The notes under the pieces: model-generated | What the model was told of the DNA's origin: nothing | Seen by the model: only the letters and a program-made list of their open reading frames with translations | Databases searched by the model: none | Shown: positions 1 to 12,402 of the stretch, in pieces | Position numbering within the stretch: position 1 is the stretch's first letter | Layout of the letters: every line of letters begins with the position of its first letter | NCBI RefSeq assembly: GCF_001194135.2 | Contig: NC_068991.1 | Coordinates: 52,269,388-52,305,608, forward strand | Direction: 5' to 3' | From: Octopus bimaculoides | Lineage: Eukaryota | DNA: 36,221 bases | Translations under genes and position numbers: made by a program

Positions 1-58
1 CTATGTATATATATCCCCACCTCACCCAAGCATCCCTTGTGGCAAAAAAATTGAAATA

Positions 59-77
59 TTAATAATAATAATAACTA

Positions 78-134
<57 letters not shown>
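59..134. repeat. (TAA)n/(TTA)n microsatellite
   Basis: Direct trinucleotide run. Confidence 0.95.
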
Positions 135-135
<1 letters not shown>

Positions 136-335
136 GGTGGCGGCGACTTGGTAGAATCGTTAGCTCGCCAGATAAAATGCCATTACGTTGTTAGTTCAAA
201 TTCCACCGAGCTCACTTGTACCTTTTATCTTTCCGGGGTCAATGAAATGAATACCAGTCATATACTGGCTCAATGTAATCGACTTCGCCCTCGCCCTTCC
301 TTCGAGAACTGCTGCCCTTGTGGTAAAATTTGAAA
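136..335 (+). mobile_element. SINE family A (tRNA-derived), diverged copy
   Basis: Head GGTGGCGGCGACTTGGTAGAATCGTTAGC, B-box-like GTTCAAATTCC, body and tail similar to copies at 19797-20210. Confidence 0.8.
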
Positions 336-577
336 CCATTATTGTTATTGTTATTTTTCCTTATTATGTAATATTCAACAATAATTACACGCATATACAT
401 ATATTCACTCACATATACATATGTGCACGCGCACGCTTTTAATATGCGTACACACTCAACCATTGTGTGTAATGGTGTAATGTGTGTGTTTGAATACTTA
501 TCTAATATATGAATGTGTATATTTACATATATACATACAGACTTATACATGTGTGTGTGTGTGTGTGTGTGCGTGTG

Positions 578-609
<32 letters not shown>

Positions 610-999
610 TATGTATGTATGTATGTGTGTATGCATGTAAGTATGTATACTCTATGCAGAGCCGCATATATTTGTAATGTCAAGCCAACCACGTGTAATT
701 TTACATATATTTATACATAAGAATACATGTGTACATGTGTCTCATTGAATGTCTGTGTGAATATATATAAACATGGTTATTTATAACTATGTATGTAACT
801 AAATAGGGGATGGCTGTATATATTATGAACGCGTGTGTGTGCGTGCGTGCATGCGTAAAAATGTGTGTATGTCGGTGTGTTTGTGTGTAGATAAGAATGT
901 GTGTAGGTGTAAATGTGTGACAGTAGACGACAGTAAAGCGAACCGAAGAGATTAATGCCCGAAGGACGACGGCACAGAATGGAAAACTATTAAACATTG

Positions 1000-1420
1000 T
1001 CGAAATCAAGAAAGCTGAATGGAGGAAGTTTATTCACAATAATTGTTATGCCAGAAAAGAGGGCTATGTATGGGGTAGGGCCCCTAATTACACCCACACA
1101 ATAGTCACGGGGCCTTGGTGGGCGCCGTATTGTTATTAGAGGCGTCAGATTGGAACTACAGTTAAAACATTGCCTCTCATTTGAAAGGAAAAAGGTTCGT
1201 TCCCTGTTGGAAACTAAAATGTCGGTTATTCTATTCGATACGGGAAGTACAAGGACGAGTTTTTAGGAGCATTTAGTCAGGGTTCAAAAAAAATTAAAAC
1301 AAAATAGATTCAGGGCTTTTTAACGTGTGATAAAATCATATCTCGTAAACGAAGAGGTCATTGACAGAGTGGGGCGATTGGGACAAGCTGGGATAGGTGG
1401 TGGTCCCTACTATAATATTA
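1000..1420 (-). mobile_element. Possible decayed CR1/L2-clade LINE 3' ORF2 relic
   Basis: By-eye minus-strand fragments DLFVYEI, MRGNVLTVVP and FSGITIIVNKLP occur in the order expected for DLxxxYKI / TRGHxLKL / FFSxRVxxxWNxLP; many stops and frameshifts. Confidence 0.3.
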
Positions 1421-1449
1421 GGAGACGGTCGTTATTGTTGTTTTATTCT

Positions 1450-1630
1450 TATTCAAACCCTGATCAACTTTGATCAAAAGCCTTCAAGCCGTGACAATCC
1501 CAATAATTTAAAATATGTAATATTACATTATTCAATGAGCACTTCCTTGTTTAAGTCGGTGGGGTGATACTCTTTTGATTTGTAGGAAATACAAGCTGTT
1601 ATTTCTAAAAGTAGCTCCGTCGTTGCCTCG
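1450..1630. repeat. Old interspersed repeat (family D), copy 1
   Basis: TGATCAAAAGCCTTCAAGCCGTGACAATCCC resembles TGATCAAATACTTTCCAGCGGTGACCATCCC near 2500; downstream blocks are also similar. Confidence 0.5.
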
Positions 1631-2162
1631 GTTGAAAACTAATATAAAAGGGAGCCGTATTTAGGTATTTCAAATATTCAGAGTTATTCTAATAAATCAT
1701 TCTTAATTCACACGTTTCTAAATATTCTACTAGCTGGTTATTATTAACTTCATACGAAAGTCCCTCGACAAACATCAAATGGAAAGTATACGTATTCCGC
1801 TGAATCCTGATGTGGTTCTTTGTGTGAGGAAGGGGAGGTTCATGCGCATGTGTTTATGAATGAATGAGTGAACAACAGAAACCTAGAGAAATCCGCAATA
1901 ACAAAAAAACTACACGCTACGATATGAAGAACAACAACAGAAACAGTCTCCCAATGTTATGGAAAGGACCACCACCACCTACCTACTCCAGCCTGGTGTT
2001 GTAGCTGATTCTATGGAAAAGTGGGTTCACTACTATGCAACACTTTATTCACTCAGAGAAAATTCATGCACGGGAACTTTTGGGGGCTTGAAACGGATTT
2101 ACTGAGTTTATGAAGTGGTCTTACTCAGTCACGAGTTATCCTCCTCCATATATATATACATA

Positions 2163-2260
2163 TCCTTTATCTTTACTTGTCTCAGCCATTAGACTGCGGC
2201 CATGCTGGTGTACCATCTTCAAGGATTTTAGGGAACGAATCTACTCCAGTACTTTCACTT
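2163..2260 (-). mobile_element. SINE family B 3' tail fragment
   Basis: TTTACTTGTCTCAGCCATTAGACTGCGGCCATGCTGG matches the 3' end of the copy at 28272-28695. Confidence 0.8.
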
Positions 2261-2494
2261 CCCAACTACATGCCTACATTTAATTTTTAATCTATTAGAA
2301 TTTCAGAGCTCCTTCGCTTGACTTTATTGACAACAATTGTCGTTAACACTTTTGATTGTTTTGTTTTTTCTCTATACACATTCAATCTCAATTATTAAGG
2401 GGTTTTTTTTCTATTTTCACTACATTTTATTCGGTCGTAAATTCAGATTCGCCATTAGTCTTATAACTGTTGTCAGGTTAATCACGATTAAACT

Positions 2495-2700
2495 GGATCA
2501 TGATCAAATACTTTCCAGCGGTGACCATCCCGTCTTGGCAAGCAGCGTGCATCTAATGCTACATTGTTGCATTAATACAGTATCTAGGACTAGATTAATC
2601 ATAATTTTTTTTTTTCTTTAAGATATTAGGGCGTTGAAAGATTTATTTATAATTTCTAGCATGTCTACCGACTACTTATGGGTTTCGTCATTGGTTAGTT
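2495..2700. repeat. Old interspersed repeat (family D), copy 2
   Basis: Similarity to 1450-1630. Confidence 0.5.
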
Positions 2701-2867
2701 CATTGGTCAAAATTTTCTATTGGTGTTTTGCCTTTTGGCGTTGCCTTAGGCCCTCCATTTTTGAGGGACCCCATTCCACTATAAGTCTGATCGCAGCTGA
2801 TTTCTCCCATAAAAATATTAAACAAAATAAAAAAAAAGAAATGCTGGGTTTGGGAAGAAGAACCAAC

Positions 2868-2990
2868 CTTTGTACTAGACTGGTTCTTCGTTTATCGATT
2901 TTTACGAGAAAAAATACTAAGTGGACTTCGGTGCGATTTGAACTCAGAGCACCGAAGGCCAGAACGAATGTTGCAAGACATTTATGGAAA
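2868..2990 (-). mobile_element. SINE family A, highly diverged
   Basis: ACTGGTTCTTCGTTTATCGA...GATTTGAACTCAGAGC matches the reverse strand of family A. Confidence 0.55.
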
Positions 2991-3029
2991 CTCCTGCACA
3001 TTACTGTCTTGAGTCCCAGTATTCATAGG

Positions 3030-3180
3030 GACCAGTTATTCAGTTTCCATGGCATGTAAGCGACCGAGATCACAACATTTCCCAGGGGGAGCCAGCGGAA
3101 TAATGTGCGTTGCTCAAGAACACAGCATACCGCAGGAATTGAAACCACGAGTCTTCACAAGACATTCTATACGATGCACT
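3030..3180 (-). mobile_element. SINE family C head, highly diverged
   Basis: GTTGCTCAAGAACACAGC...GGAATTGAAACCACGA resembles 5670-5720. Confidence 0.4.
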
Positions 3181-3994
3181 ATTTTATCAGTTGTTCACCA
3201 TCTTGTTTCGTCCAATCCACCTAATTCCATTCTGTCTCAGCCAGTCAAGTTATTTCTAAGAAAGTTGCTGCTAAGATCTAACAATCCCAACTAGGGAGGA
3301 ATTTGCCTATCATTCGCTACCCGCCATGTACAGAGACCAATTTTGAATACTTGCCACTGGGGAAGACATCAACTTAAAATATGCGGATAAATTAATAAAT
3401 GATTTAAATACTGTCTCAGCTTCAGTGTTATTGTATGTTCTATCATCATCTTCAGACAGGAATCAGTTTGCTTCGATAATTAGACAGTGTCGAGTTGAAA
3501 AACAATCCTTATGCTAGACTGACCTGCGGTACTTAACGTTGGCAGTAGGTCTTTAACCAAGGTGAAGGGGTTCTTCTCGCTATCAATGAGAAGACTCAAC
3601 CATTCGTTCGACGGCAAAAGAAAAAAAAAATGAAAAAAAAAGGGAAAAAGAAAAAACAACAAATAAGAGGAAAAAATCTTCACATAAGTATTTCAGTTTT
3701 TTCTTCAGATGATGGAATAATAATGGGTTGGTGACCAAGCTATATTTTAGGATCTGTCAACCTGTCATAGTAGCTACCGGCAGTATAATTTACCTGCAAT
3801 TATCACTCATACTCTCTTAGAATGGTGAGTTCACCGCATTTCTGGAACTGGTAATCCGACATAATTTCGTACATGCCCCACATTGCCGTTAGCAGCTATA
3901 AATATAGGGGGCTGCATAACTGTATCAGAGAGTGAGTATATGTAGAGGTGTGTATGTCTATTTGTTAAAGGAACTGCACGTCTGCGTGAGGGAG

Positions 3995-4225
3995 TATATA
4001 TATGGATAGGGTGTGTGTGTGTGTATTTGTTAAAGGAATTTACGTAATTAATGCATTTGTGTATACATTTGTATATATTCTTGTTTTCAGTAATTATATA
4101 TACATGTATATAATTATATATATGTGGGAGTGGTTGTATAAATACGTGTACTTGTATGTAGATATGTCGCTGCATGTGTTATATATATATATATTATATA
4201 TATGTGCGTTTGTATATGCATATGC

Positions 4226-4314
<89 letters not shown>

Positions 4315-4551
4315 TATATACACACATATATGTACATGCCTACATATATGTGTATATATACATGTATATATGGGTACAGGACGTCGAAAAAACGTGAACA
4401 AAATTAGAAACGAGAACATAAAAAACAAAAGCATATACATATGTATATGTCTATATGTATATATATATGTGTGCATACATATATATATTTATATATATAT
4501 ATGTACTTATATATGTATATATATATATATATATATACATATATGTGTGAT

Positions 4552-4628
<77 letters not shown>

Positions 4629-4900
4629 ACACACATGTGCGTGTATATATTAATCTGTGTGTGTGTGTGTGTAATTTTTCATGCACACAGACATACTTAT
4701 GCGTGTATATATATATATACATATGAATATTATAAATATTCATATGTGAGCGTGTGTGCGCGCGCACACACACACACGCACGCACACAAATACACACGCA
4801 TATTTATAGCTATAAATGTGTGGCATATCTATATCTATGCACATATATATTACATGAATTTATGCATGTGTATAATATATTGCATCAATAAACCTTTATA
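3995..4900. repeat. Large compound (TA)n/(TG)n/(CA)n microsatellite field
   Basis: Direct; source of many spurious YI/CV/HT ORFs. Confidence 0.95.
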
Positions 4901-5464
4901 TTCCATATGCATCTTCAGTCCGCAGACTTCATAAATAATTCTTATATATATTACCATTCCCAGGCATGTATCTATATTTTTTCTTTTATTGTTTTATTAA
5001 TAATTTTTCATGAAACAACACACATGCGCGCGCACTATTTTTTTTTTTTTTTTTTTACATGACTACGTGTTTATGTGATATATCTGGACGTGCGTGTGCG
5101 TCTTTGTGCAAATTACGTGTGAAGTTGTATGCTCACGTGTGCGAGTGTATAGGCTGTATATATTCGTAAATAGATCAATGTATGTATGCAAGCATGTATG
5201 TGCATGTGCGTGTGTGTCTATGTATGTGCATCTATAAATGTGCGCATATGTATCTATTTTTTATTTTCATTTTTCGATTGCTTTTCTATGTTTTTTTTGG
5301 TTTTATTTTTTTGGTTTTTTTTTTAATCCAAGCAACTATTGAACATGTTCCAGAATATAAGGAAAGACCTGTTGGAAGAATAATTCTGACGATTTTAAAA
5401 TATGTGGCGAGGATAGCTGTGTCTACATGGGACAATTATAAGATTAATAACATTTTAAGAATTT

Positions 5465-5772
5465 ACTCGACTACGAGGATTGCAGTTCATCCGATCAACG
5501 GAAGAGCCGGCTAGTGGATTTAAAGTTTAAGTGGCTGAGCACTCCACAGACACGTGTAACCATAATGTAGTTCTCGTGGAAATTCAGCGTGACACAGAAT
5601 GCGATAAGGCTGGTCCTTTGAATTTAAGGTGCAATTTTGCCAGCCGAGTGGACTGGAGCAAAGTGAAATAAAGTGTCGTGCTGAAGGACACAACGTGTCG
5701 CCGAGTATCGAACTCACGATCGTACGATCGTGTGCCGAATTCTCCAAACCGCTAAGCCACGCACCTTCACAA
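5465..5772 (-). mobile_element. SINE family C, older subfamily C2, near full length
   Basis: Reverse complement shares GTGGCTGAGCACTCCACAGACACGTG and the tRNA-like head with 25193-25575; central block differs. Confidence 0.85.
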
Positions 5773-5956
5773 TACATAATTATTTACATCAACGTGTATA
5801 CACGTACTCATAAATATACTAACAAACATGTCACTGTATAATTGTGTACACGTGCATTTTACACACAATACATGCACAGGCATGCATACGTTACGTGTAT
5901 GCATGTACGTAATTATGAATGTATGTGTGTGTGCGTATGTTTGTATGCGTGTGTGT

Positions 5957-6290
5957 ATGACTGTGTGGAAAGAAGTTTGCTTCCTAACCATTTGGTTTCG
6001 GGTTCAGTCACAGTGCGAGTCACCAAGTCAACTTATGAGTGGATTTGGTAGATAGAAACTGAAAGGAGCCCACCATATATAAGTGTGTATGCGCCCGCGC
6101 ACGTGTGTGTGTGGGTTGCCCCCACCGCCGCTTGATAACCGGTGTTGGGGTCTTTACGTTCCCGTAACATAACGGTTCGGCAAAAAGGGTTCGATAGAAT
6201 AAGTACCAGGCCTCAAAAATGTACCGGGGTCGAAGCGTTGTCCCAGCATGGCCGCAGTCAAACGACTGAAACAAGTGAACGATAACGATA
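5957..6290 (+). mobile_element. SINE family B, diverged, internal deletion
   Basis: Head GACTGTGTGGAAAGAAGTTTGCTTCC, internal TG tract, 3' CCAGCATGGCCGCAGTCAAACGACTGAAACAAG. Confidence 0.85.
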
Positions 6291-6546
6291 ATGTGTGCGT
6301 GCGCGTGCGTATGAGTATGTATATGTATCCCATAACACGTGTGTTTGAAAAGCTGCAAAAAGTGAAAGTGCACAAACACAATGCTAACTTCTGAAAGGTT
6401 TACATCATTCTGAGGGCTTTTTTTTTTTGATTTTTTTTTATTTCTTTTTATTTAATCAATAATTTTTAATGTAAGAGAAAAATCTTTCTTCAGCTATAAA
6501 GAATTCTCAGCAAAAACTTTTTTTAAATAGAGAGGAGGGAGAGAGG

Positions 6547-6616
<70 letters not shown>
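6547..6616. repeat. (GATA)n microsatellite
   Basis: Direct. Confidence 0.97.
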
Positions 6617-7025
6617 CGTACAAACTCAATACACGCACATATATAAAATATATGTATATATATGACGTATATACTTTATCAATATGTTTGTACGTGCACA
6701 CGTTATTTATATATTGCTGTACATGTTCCATATGTATGCATGGGTGTATGTACGTATGTATGTATGTATGTATGTATGTATGTTTGCATGTATGTATCAG
6801 TAAGAGCCTACATTTTCTGTTTGTCTAGTGGATCTCAGCATCATATTAGTGGAGTTTATTTTAATTACTCGTCACCCTACAAAAACAAGTTGGCAATCTT
6901 AGTCGTTACTCATTAAAAATATGAAGCGGAGGAGGGGGAGTCTGTAGACATATCGTATATTCATATTTGAGAGTCTGTAATGATGTAACTCTATATCCAT
7001 ATGTCTTATGATGATATACATGTAG

Positions 7026-7088
<63 letters not shown>

Positions 7089-7853
7089 NNNNNNNNNNNN
7101 NNNNNNNNNNNNNNNNNNNNNNNNNNNNNNNNNNNNNNNNNNNNNNNNNNNNNNNNNNNNNNNNNNNNNNNNNNNNNNNNNNNNNNNNNNNNNNNNNNNN
7201 NNNNNNNNNNNNNNNNNNNNNNNNNNNNNNNNNNNNNNNNNNNNNNNNNNNNNNNNNNNNNNNNNNNNNNNNNNNNNNNNNNNNNNNNNNNNNNNNNNNN
7301 NNNNNNNNNNNNNNNNNNNNNNNNNNNNNNNNNNNNNNNNNNNNNNNNNNNNNNNNNNNNNNNNNNNNNNNNNNNNNNNNNNNNNNNNNNNNNNNNNNNN
7401 NNNNNNNNNNNNNNNNNNNNNNNNNNNNNNNNNNNNNNNNNNNNNNNNNNNNNNNNNNNNNNNNNNNNNNNNNNNNNNNNNNNNNNNNNNNNNNNNNNNN
7501 NNNNNNNNNNNNNNNNNNNNNNNNNNNNNNNNNNNNNNNNNNNNNNNNNNNNNNNNNNNNNNNNNNNNNNNNNNNNNNNNNNNNNNNNNNNNNNNNNNNN
7601 NNNNNNNNNNNNNNNNNNNNNNNNNNNNNNNNNNNNNNNNNNNNNNNNNNNNNNNNNNNNNNNNNNNNNNNNNNNNNNNNNNNNNNNNNNNNNNNNNNNN
7701 NNNNNNNNNNNNNNNNNNNNNNNNNNNNNNNNNNNNNNNNNNNNNNNNNNNNNNNNNNNNNNNNNNNNNNNNNNNNNNNNNNNNNNNNNNNNNNNNNNNN
7801 NNNNNNNNNNNNNNNNNNNNNNNNNNNNNNNNNNNNNNNNNNNNNNNNNNNNN
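7089..7853. other. Assembly gap. Other gaps: 13645-13901, 16763-17244, 23078-23422, 29082-29824, 31757-31826, 33948-34356
   Basis: N runs, mostly bordered by simple repeats or SINEs. Confidence 0.99.
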
Positions 7854-8185
7854 ATAGGATCGCGGTTTCGATTCCCAGACCAGGCGTTGTGAGTGTTTAT
7901 TGAGCGAAAATACCTAAAGCTCCACGAGGCTCCGGCAGGGGATGGTGGCGAACCCTGCTGTACTCTTTCACCACAACTTTCTCTCACTCTTACTTCCTGT
8001 TTCTGTTGTGCCTGTAATTCAAAGGGTCAGCCTTGTCACGCTGAATATCCCCGAGAACTACGTTAAGGGTACACGTGTCTGTGGAGTGCTCAGCCACTTG
8101 CACGTTAATTTCACGAGCAGGCTGCTCCGTTGATCGGATCAACTGGAACCCTCGACGTCATAAGCGACGGATTGCCAACAACAGC
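7854..8185 (+). mobile_element. SINE family C, young subfamily C1 (5' end lost in gap)
   Basis: Close match along its length to 25228-25575, with one short internal deletion; (CAA)n tail. Confidence 0.92.
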
Positions 8186-8199
8186 AAGAGTATTTTAGC

Positions 8200-8410
8200 T
8201 CTTTTTTCGGATCTAGTCTTTTTCATTCTCAAAATAAGCACTCCCCTTTAATTTTGCTCAGATTGCTTTCAATTTTGGTGTATCGATGCAACTCTGAATT
8301 TTGATTACGATCAACCAATTACTTTATCTCGTAAATTAAAGAATCTGATGTTATTTGGAATTAAAGTTGGAAAATTTGGATAATTTTAGCCAATCAACAG
8401 ACAGCGAGGC
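8200..8410 (+). repeat. Old repeat with CCAAT core (non-autonomous DNA-transposon-like)
   Basis: 8350-8396 aligns without gaps to 13420-13466 at 34/47 identities, ending in CCAATCA. Confidence 0.45.
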
Positions 8411-9144
8411 ATTAATAGCTTGTTACCATGACAACAGCACATTGTGTTGTGTTCCACCCGCATGCTGTGTTGATTCTTCACATTACGAGATTTACTTCAC
8501 CCGCATCTTTTGTTTTGATAAAAAATTATATTTATCAATTAGAATTTTATTATAGATATTTTTCGTCAATTGTTTTAATATTTTACATATTTTTCATATA
8601 TAGCAAAAGTTGTTTGCGATTCTTATACAGTTTTTGGCATTATGAAGGTGAATGGAATATGTGAACTCAGTACACATAATTTGACGTTATTTTTGAATTC
8701 TACTTGCAAAAACATATGATATAGGTATTGTTTTTCTTGAGATAAATTCTTTGTTGACCAGCGTTATTCTTATTGTAATTTACAAATACAAGCATAAAAA
8801 CGTTAATCCACTTTGAAGTTTTGGAGACAGACGCCCCTTGTCACGCACACACACACATACACACACACACATCCACTTATTTATTAATGATGTACATAAA
8901 TACATGACAGGTAATCATAATACTGAAATACGCATAAAGTAAACATGCAGACAAATATATTAATATTACGAATTTTAAAAATAATAATAATAAAAACATA
9001 AATCAATGAAGAGATAAAAGAAACATCTTGATTTTATTAGGTATTTCTGTTTATTTAGAAACCTAGAATGAAGAGACTCTAAACTATAAATTACACAGCT
9101 ACAACCTTAAAGTTGACACGCTCCGCTCAACGCAGAAAATTTCT

Positions 9145-9292
9145 TATTTCTTTATTGCCCACAGGGGGCTAAACATAGAGGGAACAAACAAGGACAGACA
9201 AAGGGATTAAGTCGATTACATCGACCCCAGTGCGTAACTAGTACTTAATTTATCGACCCCGAAAGGATGAAAGGCAAAGTCGACCTCGGCGG
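9145..9292 (-). mobile_element. SINE family A (young), 5'-truncated, with 17-bp TSD
   Basis: Near-identical to 19873-20032; flanked by the identical direct repeat CAACGCAGAAAATTTCT at 9128-9144 and 9293-9309. Confidence 0.95.
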
Positions 9293-11049
9293 CAACGCAG
9301 AAAATTTCTGTCTGCCTATTGGCTATAAATACACAGTTTTCTCGATTTTTAAACCCCTGTAACATTTTCGCCCAATTTTTTTCTCCGCAGCATCATATCT
9401 TCATAGCAATTAGACTGGAAAACTTTATCATTATATCCGATTTTCAGATTTTTTACTGTCTTTTAAAAAAATGCATATTTTGCCAATGTAAAGAACTAAA
9501 TCCTTTTTTTTTTCTAGCCATGTCGGTGTTTTGACACCCGTACTCGCGTTTGGTGACAATTATATTTTTCCTTTATGGTATCGTATTGCGTATGGTGTTT
9601 ATATTAATTTTCGTGCGTGTGTGTGTGTGTAAATACAAACTTGTTACCAGTTCAAATATTCTTGAGGCATATTTGCACCCGTAAGAAAGTCATTCAACGT
9701 ATTTTGTCATGAGTTTAGCATTACCTCGAATAAATAATTTCGTGATATAGAGAGCTGTTAGTGTACAGAAAAAATTAAATATTTCACCATCGGGTCTAAT
9801 AATGAATGTCTATTCTGGCGATTTTTTAAGAATATTGAATTTCAAATTGGTCATTTTCAATAAACTAAGCAAACTTTAAATGTACTAACGAAATATAATT
9901 GTTAAAAAAAATTTGTCTATCTCTTTAAATTTCTATTTCATCTCAAATTACGACCCCGGTTTTTCAAATATTAACTTCCGGATTCTTTATCCGATTTCAG
10001 CTGATGAAAGTCTCAGTTTCCACAATATACAAACTCCTAGAAAAAAGGTCATGTCAGTTTTATCCCTACCACGAATTACGTTACTGAAAAATATCGCGCT
10101 CTCTCTCTTTCTCTCTCTCTCTCTCTCACTCCCCTCTCTCCAGTGTCCTCTCAGTGTCTGCATTGAAACAGAATTGAAACTTGGAAGTTTTATAAAATTA
10201 CAGCTCGGAAGACACCAGATAATTCATCTCCGAAGTCTTAACTTGAGCAATCAACAAGCACATAAAAGCTATTGATACGCTAGATGTTATAATTGTTGGC
10301 AAGAAATTATTTTGTTCAAACATTCATGAGTTCGTTCGTCCATGCTTTCAATTTTGTTATTTTCTCTCTATATTAACGAACACCGTCAAGTATTTGAAAC
10401 CACAAGAATCATTAATAATAAGCGTTATAAGGTTAAATGTCGTATAAAGACGCTAATAAACCGTGGAGTATAAAAAATAAGAATAATAAAGAGGCTTATT
10501 AATAGCAACATACCACAAGATGAAGCGCATCTCCATAATCAAATATATTTTAAATTCAATTCTAGCTAGTGCACCTTCATGTTAGTTTTGATTACAAATA
10601 AAGAAACTGCCATTACAACGATCCAGCTTCAATTCCCAAGTGAAGGTTATTTACACTCCATTTTTATTACAACTACAACGGCTGCTGCTGCTACGACTCC
10701 TGCTGTTATCGTTGTGCTGTTGATGAAAGTAAATATATTGCCAATTCCCACTACACCTCCAGTATTAATCCAGGACTTTATCTCCTAAATCCTTGCTACG
10801 ACTGTACAGCTAATCGCCATATTACATTGAAGCACACTTTACTGCAGTTTATATTTATATACTTAGATCGCTGTTCCAAGTTCATATTTCCCTCGAGTGT
10901 AGAATATTTGCCTTTCATCTATGAAGTCGCTAAAACAACTATCTGCAGTCAATCTTATATTACCCCACCACCACCATCACCACCACCGCAATAACCTCTT
11001 ATAAATGTCACCAATGTAATTTAATGAAGCTAAAATACATAATGTTGGT

Positions 11050-11258
11050 CTCGAGTTTTGGCACACGGCCAGACGTTCGTGGGAAGGGGCTAGTCGATTA
11101 CATCGACCCCAGTTCTCAACTGGTACTTGCTTTATCGAGCCCGAAAGGATGAAAAGCAAAGTCGACTTCGGAGGAATCTGAACTCAGAACGTAAAGACAT
11201 ACGAAACGCCATTGAGCACTTTATCCGGCGTGCTAATGACTCTGCCAGCTTGCCGGCT
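11050..11258 (-). mobile_element. SINE family A, full length, moderately diverged
   Basis: GTCGATTACATCGACCCCAG...TCTGCCAGCTTGCC. Confidence 0.9.
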
Positions 11259-11271
11259 TACTGTTGTTTCG

Positions 11272-11370
11272 ATATTGGTTTCAAATTTTCGTACAAGGCC
11301 AGCAATTTTGGGGGAAGAGATGAGTCGATTACATTGACCCCAGTCGGTATTCAGCTGGTACTTATTCTGT
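11272..11370 (-). mobile_element. SINE family A 3' fragment
   Basis: ATTGGTTTCAAATTTTCGTACAAGGCCAGCAATTT tail matches the reverse of 20170-20210. Confidence 0.8.
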
Positions 11371-11499
11371 TACTTTAATATCCCCGTTTCTGTTGCTAGA
11401 CATAATAATACAACACTGCAACAAACCCAATACAAGTAAAGTTTATATTTTCCTTTGAAAAGTCGAATTTTGTTCTGCCTTCCTCTGAAAAGATCTTTT

Positions 11500-11825
11500 G
11501 GTCAGGATCAGAATGTGACACGAATGAATTCGATCGATCATTGATCCAACCGATAGTAATGTCTATCACAGTGACTGATAATGGGTGTCCAGTAAGGTGG
11601 ACATTCCTGTGTGTCCCTGTCTGTGTGTCTACAACTGTATGGACTTAATTGACTTGTGTCACTCATTAAACTTTCGGTAACAGCCATGTGGTTGTTCTTG
11701 ACATCAACAAAGACATCGTTCATTTTTACCAATAGAATTATTTCGCTGTAACCCACCTGTGAAGTCCATGCGAATATATGACAACAGAATCCCCACATAT
11801 TGCTAATTCTAGTGAACTTTGACAT
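11500..11825 (-). mobile_element. Possible LINE AP-endonuclease relic
   Basis: ORF 11538-11825 contains AVTES...PYSCRHTDR and is followed by SIEFIRV, resembling APE motifs xxTETW / GYxxxRxDR / xIExxxV; the GGGV motif is missing. Confidence 0.3.
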
Positions 11826-11939
11826 TCGGTTACGTGCCCCACGATCGGCAATAGATAGATAGAGACAAACAGACAGACAGAGACAGAGAGAGAGGGAGGG
11901 AGAGAGAAGTGAGGGGGAAAACTGACAGACAAACAGGCA

Positions 11940-11942
11940 TAC

Positions 11943-12001
<59 letters not shown>
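11940..12001. repeat. (GATA)n microsatellite
   Basis: Direct. Confidence 0.97.
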
Positions 12002-12002
<1 letters not shown>

Positions 12003-12214
12003 GCAGGCGTGTGTGTAAGAGAGAGAGATAGAGAGTGAGAGGTGAAGAGAGAGTTACTGCTGTTGTATAGTCTTTGCTAAAAACCTGTTAATTAGCATGT
12101 AAATAAAATTGACAGAGGTACCATCAACTGGCAGAGAACAAAATTAAATTCGCCCCACCCCTTCTCTCACCATCTCCCTCCTTCTTTCTTTATCTCTCTT
12201 TCTTTCTTCCTCTG

Positions 12215-12259
<45 letters not shown>

Positions 12260-12301
12260 TTTTCTCTATGGAAAATGCTCCTCTGTTATTTTACTTTCAA
12301 A

Positions 12302-12399
12302 TATGTTGCTTCGACAATACTAAAACTGGAACGATACGGAGATTAGCATGGGCCTTTGCGCAACGACGACACACAAATTCGTGAAGTGTTCCATATTTT
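12302..12399 (+). pseudogene. U6: U6 snRNA pseudogene (near full length)
   Basis: Aligns to canonical U6: TTGCTTCGACA--ATACTAAAACTGGAACGATACGGA---GATTAGCATGGGCCTTTGCGCAACGACGACACACAAATTCGTGAAGTGTTCCATATTTT. It has about 6-nt and 3-nt deletions, a broken ACAGAGA box and a CT microsatellite upstream instead of an evident promoter. Confidence 0.93.
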
Positions 12400-12402
12400 C
12401 CG

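Noticed and set aside
3410-3480. Other CTGANGA cores (about 3450 minus, 5386, 10001, 20240, 24016, 25660, 27063 minus) as hammerheads
   Set aside because: They lack a stem II closed next to GAAA or a valid NUH and stem I.
3525-3585. Minus-strand exon candidate (EKNPFTLVKDLLPTLSTA, donor GTCAGT)
   Set aside because: Ambiguous acceptor, no partner exons, no recognisable homology.
11493-11591. Cadherin-like plus-strand exon (EFDRSLIQPIVMSITVTDNGCP) with AG and GTAAGG boundaries
   Set aside because: Tempting because octopus has expanded protocadherins, but DRE is not conserved, there are no neighbouring cadherin repeats, and the opposite strand fits an endonuclease relic about as well. Needs RNA-seq.
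12302-12399. Functional U6 gene
   Set aside because: ACAGAGA box is disrupted, there are two deletions and no evident upstream promoter.
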